Shown here: positions 30,301-38,205 of the stretch, one piece after another
How the letters are laid out: the number at the start of each line of letters is the position of its first letter
How positions within the stretch are numbered: position 1 is the first letter of the stretch
Source of the DNA: Promethearchaeota archaeon
Lineage (GTDB): Archaea; Asgardarchaeota; Lokiarchaeia; Sigyniarchaeales; SOKP01
Reading direction: 5' to 3'
DNA: 64,000 bases
NCBI GenBank assembly: GCA_019894975.1
Contig: JAGXNO010000002.1
Location: 96,001-160,000, forward strand
The notes under the pieces: model-generated
Seen by the model: only the letters and a program-made list of their open reading frames with translations
Told to the model about the DNA's origin: nothing
Database searches by the model: none
Made by a program: the position numbers and the translations under genes

Positions 30301-31779
30301 CCTCACCTAATTTATGCTACTTGGAACAATAAATATAATTTTTCATATTTTATCCTCGATGCTCCCATAAATATTAACCTTGATATAAGTCCAGTACCTA
30401 GAGAAGTAAATCGATCTGGCACAATTGGAAGAAATTTCTTAATTCATGGATATTTAAACGATACCTCAAATGGAAATCATATAAGATTTAGTCAAATAGA
30501 AGTTCGTCTGTATAACGGCCCGACGGATGTCTCTTTTTACTTAAATGAGCCAAGATTCGTACAGCTTGGGGGAACAGGAGAAATTGATCTAACCTATTCT
30601 GTGTCTGCCTCGACGCCGGCAATAAATTACACTATCCAAGTGCTTTTTAATGGAATTTTTATTTATACAACTCCGTTCTATCCTCAATTCTTCAACCTAA
30701 ATTTTCTTACCAATATGACGGATATTGCAATCTGTTCTTATGATTTGGAAGTATTTGATCCGGATGATATAGCTATTAATTTCTTTATCGATGGAAATCC
30801 AACCTTACCATTTTATTGGGATGGAGAACCTCCTGAACGTTATACTGCAGGTGCTTCTGTCAACTTCAGTGTTTCTGTACTGCAAAGTGGAGTTCCAGTT
30901 ACTTCAGGCACAGTATCGTTTACTGATATTTTTACAGGTGATCCATTAGGAAATCCACTTGTAGTAGATGGATATGCTTCAATTTTAGTGGATACCTCAA
31001 GTTGGCACGGAGGTCTTCATCGAATAAGAACTCAATGGTCAGGCGCTGTTGCATTTAATATAACATATGTAATTATTAATGAGACAGTCAACATATTTTC
31101 TTCAATTGATAAAGCCTCAATATTGAGATCTGTTGATAGTTTCCGGGTTTCAGGAACTGTCCAAGAAGGGGGAGAATTTTTAACTGGATTAAGAGTTAAC
31201 TTAATCCTTTTAGATAGTACTTATAGTGACGTATCAGGATATTTAATTGGGCCTCAAACTTTAACCACAAATGCAGTTGGATATTATCAATTTGATAATA
31301 CAATAGATATTAGTTGCCCTCAAGGACAATACTATATCAGGATAGATTTTAATGGGACAATTGATGCTCCTGGTATATTCATGAGCGATTACATGATTCA
31401 TAATAGTAGCGTGCTTATTCCAATTGATATTATTGCTGGAACTACCATTAGTGGCAATTATGAAACTAATATTGTTAAAGATGATTGGTATTTTGGTGAC
31501 GATTGCTACGTTTATGGTTATTTAAATTGGGATAATGGAACTCCTATGGCAGTGATGGAAATCAATGTTACTATAAGGGATGGTACAGGTTCCATTCTAG
31601 CTACTCAAACCGGATTTACAGATGGGTTTGGTTTCTTTAATCTAACCTTTGTTGTAGGGGACTGGCCTGATAATGCAGAAGTATGGGTATACTTTTTCCC
31701 TGAGGATCCAATAAATTTTGGTATTCCTAATGGGTATTATATTCTAACTATACAAAAAGAATTTTTTAGAGCACCATAA
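27349..31779 (+). CDS. Giant membrane-anchored surface glycoprotein: TgpA-like transglutaminase domain (degenerate) plus tandem Ig-like repeats
   Basis: N-terminal TM; LWKYESFDQYTGTGW; GVWSDFASAF..FTRAFGVSSRFIDGF; YSWSEIF; WVQID; repeated GPH and DFNGT beta-rich units; many N-x-S/T sequons. Confidence 0.8.
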   Translation: MSDIRDELLGSTINKKRVIGVILVALLLVSVFAFSTAFFSFLFNSQRPSPNKQKDGLDYEYADPTPPPYPFDEDFWQDLLDQVDPEDIPELLDMLEEMFDGDIDDLDLGNFSEGLLDLLFSGAGEMEVFRVYDYLSFSNMSDVLWKYESFDQYTGTGWESTAGSDPYNFFTYGDYYSNYFPDPELLTLKMPISPNIGSNNLIMPSLFSIPFIMEGSISAPNLTGSEQLYKTDFNSTTMELSFTSDVDINMTFELFGEHLKSPFIINSSAVEASWTPAPIQSKYLQLPPTIEVYKSNNPYFSNHTDILNQTIIDANDNAFEVADKIRIYLQTQFSFPMSADDYDPAPDGMDVVEWFCETQQGVWSDFASAFCAFTRAFGVSSRFIDGFNSILIEEFFDNDEGKDGFAIKYKNLYSWSEIFVPTDVSGNGEWVQIDVFDSFGAGGNPFLGGNYNITVTPNKFWANRPDVINITATMSSNVGDPIDNNRLTFTDLTTGQEIGQDYTDSFGNASVLYNINNSHVIGPHIIEARYDFFTAGLNLITILGNIGVNLTNVNPMLVNRSDALPDAVNIQGNLYDPLNNERVMDASVNILLFQIGTSTQEFGAFIPSSILTDNNGVFDALLDLNPSVSAGQYEVRADFNGTWILYGFPFNVPTINDSSTRIGLNVTTALTTWFYIDGVASGNPNLPSVARYQTLNLTARVIEESFGPVSNKRVYFFDYTRGGIPIGSDVSDAQGYASINYLVGDNSSTGPNLLYSTIGSQTNFSYYVLNEEPIIHAISGPNPQVINRTGAGITQFNIIGNITESGDITKPLSYSVITLTLLNGGSNYSAYLVPLEGYPYQTDSSGYFDLTFGVAPNTPPGNYTLRLDFNGTVNLMSYPYPYLFNLPYINTSSFYSFDLEVQADSSFLFWIDGQPSDDAYNPIINRNDILNLTTYIHHAGTPIVNGEWVYFFDATQDNLFIGADQTNAGYAQVFYSTNLSTTAGPHLIYATWNNKYNFSYFILDAPININLDISPVPREVNRSGTIGRNFLIHGYLNDTSNGNHIRFSQIEVRLYNGPTDVSFYLNEPRFVQLGGTGEIDLTYSVSASTPAINYTIQVLFNGIFIYTTPFYPQFFNLNFLTNMTDIAICSYDLEVFDPDDIAINFFIDGNPTLPFYWDGEPPERYTAGASVNFSVSVLQSGVPVTSGTVSFTDIFTGDPLGNPLVVDGYASILVDTSSWHGGLHRIRTQWSGAVAFNITYVIINETVNIFSSIDKASILRSVDSFRVSGTVQEGGEFLTGLRVNLILLDSTYSDVSGYLIGPQTLTTNAVGYYQFDNTIDISCPQGQYYIRIDFNGTIDAPGIFMSDYMIHNSSVLIPIDIIAGTTISGNYETNIVKDDWYFGDDCYVYGYLNWDNGTPMAVMEINVTIRDGTGSILATQTGFTDGFGFFNLTFVVGDWPDNAEVWVYFFPEDPINFGIPNGYYILTIQKEFFRAP

Positions 31780-31807
31780 ATTTAGAATAGAGGTAGAATT
31801 TCATAGA

Positions 31808-33415
31808 ATGGTAAAACATAAAATAATAGGAAAAGCTAACCATCAGCGTTCTAAAAAGAAAACTTTAACCTCTCTCCTAATTCTTATATTTTTTATATTA
31901 TCTATTAACTTTTTCACTATATTCAATTTTTTCACAGAGCCCAACAATTCATATAATGAAAAGCACCCGAAAATGTCCTGGTTTTGGGCTACATTGGAAC
32001 TTACAAACCCAGGAGAGGTAAATAATACGAGATTCACCCATTATGCTGCCATATCTGTTAGGGGCCACCTTTATAATAAAATAGATGGAACTAATAAAAC
32101 CGGAATTAATGTAGCAATTGAAGTTGATGACATTATAGACATGGGCTTTACTGATGTAACTGATGGTAATGGGAATTTTGATATTAATTTTGTAATTGAT
32201 GGAAATCTTGACGTTTATACAAGTCATAAAATAGAAGTTGCAGTTACCGATTCTGAACCAGGTGGCCCAGGAAGTGAAATTGAATATCCTCACTTTTATA
32301 TGATAAATGTAAATGCTACATCTTATTTTAGTATCATCTCTAATGACAATCCATCAACTCCTAAATTAACTGAAGAGATGTTTAATTTGAATGGATATTT
32401 ATACTATGATAATAATAATGGTATTCCTTTTGTAAGTGTAAACTATTTTTGGCTTGATGGATCCACAACAATTTCTTCGAGCTCATTTTTTACTGATATT
32501 TTTGGGTCATTGACGAGTATACAAGTTCCTATTACTGTTGCAAGCCAACTTACCCTGAAATTTAATTACTCAAATCCCCCATATGTTGATTGTTCTGAGA
32601 TTTCCATAAATAACATAAAAACATTTTCGGATGTTACCTGGAATTTACTCATTGATTACACAGTCACAGAAGGAGATGATTATACTTTAACAGGTACTCT
32701 CTCCTCTAGCACAGATCCATCATTGAAAATAGGAAACAGAGATCTGGATATATATTATAACGGTAGTGTAGCAGACACTGTGACTACTGCTTCCGATGGA
32801 AGTTTCTCATCTACATTTCAATTACCAATGCAAAATGGGACAGCACCACTTCAGGTTGAATTAATTAATTCTGCAGGAAAAACTATTACCTCATCCATTC
32901 AGTATATCGTGGTTGAAAATAGGCCAATTTCTCCTGGAGGGGGAGCTGCATTGCCACCATTTATGATTTTTTCTCTGATATTTTTTCCAATTTTAATCTG
33001 TATCATTGTTGGATTAGCAGTCTATGGATTTTTCTTTTATAAAAAGCAAGAAGAAGAATCAAGAGTTGTAAATATACCACTAGAATCCAAGATTTCAAAT
33101 TTAAAGATTCTCAAAGACACAGGGAGATTAGAAGAATCACTATCTTATCTATTTAATGCTATTTTTATGGATTTAGTAAGAGCAAAATATAATAGATTTC
33201 GAAAAGAAAATGAAACAATCAGAGATTTTGCAATTATTTCAGTAAAGGATCTAAAATTAACACCTTCCTCAATATATCCATTCATTCAACAAGTTGAGGA
33301 AATAATTTATGGTAAACCATATAAAATAACTGAAAAAGATTTCTATAAAACATGTGAATTATTTTCACCAATTTATTTTCAATTAACAGGGCATAATTTT
33401 GTTTTAAATTTTTAA
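31808..33415 (+). CDS. Ig-like ectodomain, TM, cytoplasmic DUF4129-like domain
   Basis: N-terminal TM, TDGNGNF and TASDGSF Ig-type strands, second TM near aa 385-410, C-terminal ETIRDFA...VEEIIYG. Confidence 0.7.
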   Translation: MVKHKIIGKANHQRSKKKTLTSLLILIFFILSINFFTIFNFFTEPNNSYNEKHPKMSWFWATLELTNPGEVNNTRFTHYAAISVRGHLYNKIDGTNKTGINVAIEVDDIIDMGFTDVTDGNGNFDINFVIDGNLDVYTSHKIEVAVTDSEPGGPGSEIEYPHFYMINVNATSYFSIISNDNPSTPKLTEEMFNLNGYLYYDNNNGIPFVSVNYFWLDGSTTISSSSFFTDIFGSLTSIQVPITVASQLTLKFNYSNPPYVDCSEISINNIKTFSDVTWNLLIDYTVTEGDDYTLTGTLSSSTDPSLKIGNRDLDIYYNGSVADTVTTASDGSFSSTFQLPMQNGTAPLQVELINSAGKTITSSIQYIVVENRPISPGGGAALPPFMIFSLIFFPILICIIVGLAVYGFFFYKKQEEESRVVNIPLESKISNLKILKDTGRLEESLSYLFNAIFMDLVRAKYNRFRKENETIRDFAIISVKDLKLTPSSIYPFIQQVEEIIYGKPYKITEKDFYKTCELFSPIYFQLTGHNFVLNF

Positions 33416-33531
33416 TCAAGATAATTATGAAAATTACAAATTCAAATATTAAAAAGAAGTACAAAAAATTATAAATTCAAAAGAAATTATTAATTAAATT
33501 ATTTCAAAAAATACAGAAGTAGGTAAAAAAA

Positions 33532-33909
33532 ATGGCTAAAAAGAAAAAAAAGGCACCTGAATTAGAAATAGATATAAAACAGAAATTTGAAAATGTAAAA
33601 GTATTAGTAGATACAAATAGGCCAAAAGAAGCAATAGCTTACATATATCTAGTCTATGATGATCTAATTAATGTGAAATTTAAGAAACCTAGAATGACGC
33701 ATCAAACTATTCGAGAATATGCAATAACGTGCGTAAATGAACTAGAAAAAGGCTTAAAACCAGAATCAGTATATCCATTCATTAAAAAAATCGAAGATAT
33801 AATTTATGGTGGAGTAGAACCGACTACAAAAGAATTAAATTTCACAATAGATTTATTCTCCAATCTATACAACGAAATTACTGGAAAAACTGTTAATTTC
33901 TCGTTATAA
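33532..33909 (+). CDS. Stand-alone DUF4129-like helical protein
   Basis: QTIREYA...YPFIKKIEDIIYG; clearly paralogous to the C-terminus of 31808..33415. Confidence 0.7.
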   Translation: MAKKKKKAPELEIDIKQKFENVKVLVDTNRPKEAIAYIYLVYDDLINVKFKKPRMTHQTIREYAITCVNELEKGLKPESVYPFIKKIEDIIYGGVEPTTKELNFTIDLFSNLYNEITGKTVNFSL

Positions 33910-33969
33910 ATCTATTTCAAATTATTAAATTATATATAAATAGCAACAATTATAAAAGTAAAAGAGAAG

Positions 33970-35727
33970 ATGGTAAAACCAGGAAAAGCTACAACAAAAA
34001 GTATCAATATCTCAAAAGGGATAATATTTTCATTTTTCACGATATTTCTCATAATTTTTGGGATTGTGCTTAGTGAATTTTCGGTTAATTACCAAACATT
34101 TGATCCCGAAGGATTTCCTGTATTTTTAACCTATCTACCACTATTGTCTTATATTGGTTCCATATTTTGCGGTGTTGGTTTTATTATTGTTTTAAGGAAT
34201 GCCACATCTCAAAAATCCCGCCAAACTCAATCTCGAAAGAAAATCAAGTCAGGGTCGGTTTACAAAAATGCTTTATTTCTAATTATCTTTATATTTTCTT
34301 TTATCCCAATTCTTTCTCCAATTATTGACAGGGGTGAAAACACTCAGCATTTCTCAGTATATAATGACCGTTGGAATGGAGCCTCCAAACTAAAAGACAC
34401 AATTGAAGCAGAAGGGTACGAAGTTATGGCAGTACAGTCTAGTTTAAGTGCTATTGAACGATTAGATAAATCAGTTCTCCTAATATTGATGGGACCTAAT
34501 CAGTTTTATGATCCTATTTTTGAAGTACCTTTCTTTATTAATTTTTTTAATGGATCCAACTCGCTTTTAATATGCCATGATCATGGTTCGACAAGTACTC
34601 TTTTGTGGGAAATTCTTATTGCAAGTGTGTTTAATCCGGATATAAGTGTTCCTTTAACTATTTTTCCAAATGGGATCTTACGTGATAATGCTTCATATGA
34701 TACCACTCCAGAATTTCCAGTAATAAAAAATTTCAATCCACATGCAACTATGTCATATCCAAACGCAATTTCTCAAGTGATTCTTTCAAGGGCTTCTTGT
34801 GCTGTTGGGGGTGACTTTATTACTCAGTTTGGCTGGACATCTGTTGGAGAAACAACTATGTCAGGATTTATTGACAAAGATGGTAATAAGGAATATACTT
34901 CCCCGGAGGATGATCTTAATTTAGGTTTTATGAGTATAATAGATCTTGGATTTCCACTTCCAGAGACTTTTCCACTTGGAGGATATTCGCAACAAGTCTT
35001 TCTAGCTCACGAAATGGGGACTGTGGATCAACCTCGAATCTTTGTTTCGGCTGATGCTAGCTTGTTCAATAACGAGTTAATTGACGAGCCCGGTTATGAT
35101 AACATGGATTTTGCTATCAATATTATTGAATGGTTAACCTTTGTTAATGATGGGAGAAGTAAAGATGAGTGGATTATCGCTTTTGATGAGGCTCATATTC
35201 GCCCAGAATATTCAAGGGATCTTACTTCAGCAGGTATCTTTGGATTTATTATGCAATATATAGTACACTTATCAACTAATCCGATTACCGCCTGGATTTA
35301 TCCCGTTTTAGCCTTTTACACATTAAGAAAATATTTACCTAAAAAAGATAAAAAAGAAGAAGAAAGAAAAATAGCAGAAGCGGAAGAAAAGAAGGAGGAA
35401 AAGGCTCGATTTAGAACATCTTCGTTTTTTGCTCAAAAAATTGAAGAGTTTAGAGACAAAAGCAAATATGCAGAAGCCTTAAAATTATTATATCGAAGAT
35501 TAGAAAGAAAACTTCACAACCAGATGAAAGGGCAAAAGATCAGTACTAAAAGTGTTGTAGATTTTGTTATTGCAAAAGATCCTTCTATAACAAAATCCAA
35601 GATAAAACGATTAACTAAATTTATGGATACAATCATTTCCATTAAAGATGGAAAATATAAAGTAAGAGATGAAGAAGATTTCGAAGAATTATTTTTTGAA
35701 ATGAGTGATATTAATAATATGATATAA
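33970..35727 (+). CDS. DUF4350-like membrane protein (GATase-like/GldG-type ectodomain)
   Basis: Three N-terminal TMs, FSVYNDRWNGAS, RIFVSADASLFNN, DN..FA.N..EWL, AFDEAH, TM, charged helical tail. Confidence 0.75.
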   Translation: MVKPGKATTKSINISKGIIFSFFTIFLIIFGIVLSEFSVNYQTFDPEGFPVFLTYLPLLSYIGSIFCGVGFIIVLRNATSQKSRQTQSRKKIKSGSVYKNALFLIIFIFSFIPILSPIIDRGENTQHFSVYNDRWNGASKLKDTIEAEGYEVMAVQSSLSAIERLDKSVLLILMGPNQFYDPIFEVPFFINFFNGSNSLLICHDHGSTSTLLWEILIASVFNPDISVPLTIFPNGILRDNASYDTTPEFPVIKNFNPHATMSYPNAISQVILSRASCAVGGDFITQFGWTSVGETTMSGFIDKDGNKEYTSPEDDLNLGFMSIIDLGFPLPETFPLGGYSQQVFLAHEMGTVDQPRIFVSADASLFNNELIDEPGYDNMDFAINIIEWLTFVNDGRSKDEWIIAFDEAHIRPEYSRDLTSAGIFGFIMQYIVHLSTNPITAWIYPVLAFYTLRKYLPKKDKKEEERKIAEAEEKKEEKARFRTSSFFAQKIEEFRDKSKYAEALKLLYRRLERKLHNQMKGQKISTKSVVDFVIAKDPSITKSKIKRLTKFMDTIISIKDGKYKVRDEEDFEELFFEMSDINNMI

Positions 35728-35795
35728 AATCATGTTTAAACTTTAAAAAAATAAAAAAAAAATCAAATAAAAATTGAAATAAATAAAAAATAAAA

Positions 35796-35801
35796 AGGTG
35801 A
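35796..35801 (+). promoter_or_regulatory. Shine-Dalgarno AGGTGA of moxR
   Basis: AGGTGA 8 nt upstream of ATG 35810. Confidence 0.7.
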
Positions 35802-35809
35802 GTTAAAAA

Positions 35810-36790
35810 ATGGAAACTTCAGATAAAGCTAAGTATTACGAGAAAGAAGAGATTGACGTCACACCTATTCGTGAAATCGCACAGGAGGTTCTCAGCGAAG
35901 TAAGTAGGGTTATTGTCGGTTATGGTGATATACTTCAACAACTTTTTATAGCACTCTTAGTGAATGGTCATGTCCTCTTAGAAGGAGTCCCTGGATTAGG
36001 AAAAACAGTTATGGCAAAGACTTTTGCAAATACACTCGGGATTACATTTCGAAGAGTTCAATTTACACCAGATTTACTCCCATCAGACATAACTGGAACT
36101 AAGATATTTGATCAAAATGAAGGGGCTTTCGTCTTAATGAAAGGACCGATTTTTGCAAATGTAGTTCTTGCTGATGAAATAAATAGAAGTGCTCCTAAAA
36201 CTCAAGCCGCTCTTCTAGAAGCTATGGCTGAACGACAAGTAACTATTGAAGGTCAAACTCTTACTTTGGAAAAACCATTTATTGTAATTGCTACGGAAAA
36301 CCCGGTTGAAATGGAAGGCACATATCCACTCCCAGAAGCACAAGTTGATCGCTTTCTGTTCAAACTTTGGTTAGACTATCCTGAAGACGCTGAAGAAGTA
36401 GAAATAATGAGAAGACAACTATCCGGAGATATAGCTTCAGTTGAAGCAATTACTTCAGGAGAGGAAATACTAGCAGCGCAAAGGATAATGAATCTTGTAT
36501 ATATAGATGACAGAATTCTCAAATATATCAGAGATTTGATAATTAAAACGCGTAACCATCCACAAATCGCACTTGGATGTGGTCCAAGAGCTAGTTTAAC
36601 GCTTATGAAATCTTCTAAAGCACGAGCTGCTATTTTGGGTAGATCTTATGTCACTCCAGATGATGTTCGGGCATTAATCGTAGCAGCTCTAAATCATAGA
36701 ATTCTATTAAAACCCGAAGCAGAACTAGAAGGTTTAGACTCAAAGTCGGTATTAAAATCGATAGTAGAGGAAATTCCAATCCCAATCTAA
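35810..36790 (+). CDS. moxR: MoxR AAA+ ATPase (MoxR-proper/TM0930-type)
   Basis: HVLLEGVPGLGKT, RVQFTPDLLPSDITG, LADEINR, ATENP, GTYPLPEAQVDRF, YVTPDDV. Confidence 0.95.
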   Translation: METSDKAKYYEKEEIDVTPIREIAQEVLSEVSRVIVGYGDILQQLFIALLVNGHVLLEGVPGLGKTVMAKTFANTLGITFRRVQFTPDLLPSDITGTKIFDQNEGAFVLMKGPIFANVVLADEINRSAPKTQAALLEAMAERQVTIEGQTLTLEKPFIVIATENPVEMEGTYPLPEAQVDRFLFKLWLDYPEDAEEVEIMRRQLSGDIASVEAITSGEEILAAQRIMNLVYIDDRILKYIRDLIIKTRNHPQIALGCGPRASLTLMKSSKARAAILGRSYVTPDDVRALIVAALNHRILLKPEAELEGLDSKSVLKSIVEEIPIPI

Positions 36791-36861
36791 GAATCACCAT
36801 CTTTTTTTAGGTTATGGTGAAATAAACATCATTAAGTACATAAACAAGGTTAACACCAGAT

Positions 36862-36867
36862 AGGTGA
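36862..36867 (+). promoter_or_regulatory. Shine-Dalgarno AGGTGA upstream of the proposed ATA start of the DUF58 gene
   Basis: AGGTGA 6 nt before the in-frame ATA at 36874. Confidence 0.55.
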
Positions 36868-36873
36868 ATTGAT

Positions 36874-38202
36874 ATATTAGGTGGAAAAGGTAGAAGTTTA
36901 ATTTTATTTGCTGTATTTTTCCTCACAGCAGGATTTGCTTTTGAAAATTATTTCCTTTTATATTTTGGAATTCTATTATTGTTTAGTACCATTATTAGTC
37001 TACCTGTTTTCTACTATAAAATGAACATTGAGGAACTCCGAGTTCATAGAGAATTAGAAAAAGAAAAAGTCTTTAAAGATGATTTCGTTCATATAAAAGT
37101 TATAATCGAAAATACTGGAAGAAATGGATTTGATTTTTTAGAAATTAGAGATAATTATAATCCTCAGCTTTTCAGACTAATTTTAGGAGAAAATTTTATA
37201 TCCACTAGAATTGGACCAAAGGATACAGTGAAATTTTCTTATGTGTTAGAACCAAAAGTAAGAGGTGAATACGCTCTTGGACCTTTATCTATTATTGTTA
37301 AAGATAGATTAGGTTTTAATTCCGTAGAAAGAATTGTTCCTGATAGTGTTACTGATATTTTAGTATACCCCCCATACGATGATATTAAAAGAATTGAAAT
37401 ACTGGGTTCAAAGAGATCCCTACAATTAAATTATGGTTTACAAAGGTCAAAACAAAAAGGTCTTGGTTCAGAGTTTTATGGGATGCGAAAGTATGTTTTT
37501 GGGGATCAATTTAGACTAATAGATTGGAAAGCTAGCGCACGTACCCAATCGTTAATTGTGAAGGAATTTGAAGATGAACGGGATGTAACCGTAATGATTT
37601 TAGTCGACTCCTCGGAAACTATGGCAGGAGGGGCAATTGAAAATACAAAGTTTGAATATGCTATAAGAGCTTGTATGCTCCTAACAAAAGTGGCTTTAAC
37701 TCGACGAGACAATGTTGGGGTGTTTACTTTTTCAGATAAAAAGAACTTTAAATTTCTAAAACCAAACAGTGGAGAAGATCACTTTTACCAAGTATTAGAT
37801 TTCGTAGCACGTGTAAAACCTGAGGGGAAATGTAAGATTGGAGAAGCCATGGGACACTTTACAAGACGTTTTCAAAAACGTAGTTTAATTTTCATAATAT
37901 CTGATTTGGAAGCAGATCCTAAAGAAATTAGTCAAGCCATAAAAAAATTGGTCCCATTCAATCATACTATAATTGTTATTAATCCCTTTAGTCCATGGTT
38001 TGAGATTCATGAAATTGATCTATCATCCACAGACAAAGCTCTAGCAGAAGCTATAAGTGAAGCAATGATGGAACATATCCTATTAATCAAGCAATCAGTT
38101 CGTAATGTTGGCATAAATCTTATAACATGTGGCCCTGATGATATGATGAATCAGATTCTGAGTAATTATATGGAAGCCAAGAAAAAAGGGAGGGCGTATT
38201 AA
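36874..38202 (+). CDS. DUF58 (vWA-like) protein; start extended from the ORF-track 36979 to ATA 36874
   Basis: EFYGMRKY..GD..R.IDWKASAR, VKEFE, LVDSSETM, IISDL; the open frame upstream encodes a TM hairpin (ILGGKGRSLILFAVFFLTAGFAFENYFLLYFGILLL). Confidence 0.85.
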   Translation: MLGGKGRSLILFAVFFLTAGFAFENYFLLYFGILLLFSTIISLPVFYYKMNIEELRVHRELEKEKVFKDDFVHIKVIIENTGRNGFDFLEIRDNYNPQLFRLILGENFISTRIGPKDTVKFSYVLEPKVRGEYALGPLSIIVKDRLGFNSVERIVPDSVTDILVYPPYDDIKRIEILGSKRSLQLNYGLQRSKQKGLGSEFYGMRKYVFGDQFRLIDWKASARTQSLIVKEFEDERDVTVMILVDSSETMAGGAIENTKFEYAIRACMLLTKVALTRRDNVGVFTFSDKKNFKFLKPNSGEDHFYQVLDFVARVKPEGKCKIGEAMGHFTRRFQKRSLIFIISDLEADPKEISQAIKKLVPFNHTIIVINPFSPWFEIHEIDLSSTDKALAEAISEAMMEHILLIKQSVRNVGINLITCGPDDMMNQILSNYMEAKKKGRAY

Positions 38203-38205
38203 AAG

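Noticed and set aside
31760-31830. Frameshift or nonsense split of one giant gene (27349..33415)
   Set aside because: The second ORF has its own SD-like GAGGT, an ATG, a basic N-region and a TM segment, consistent with a separate gene
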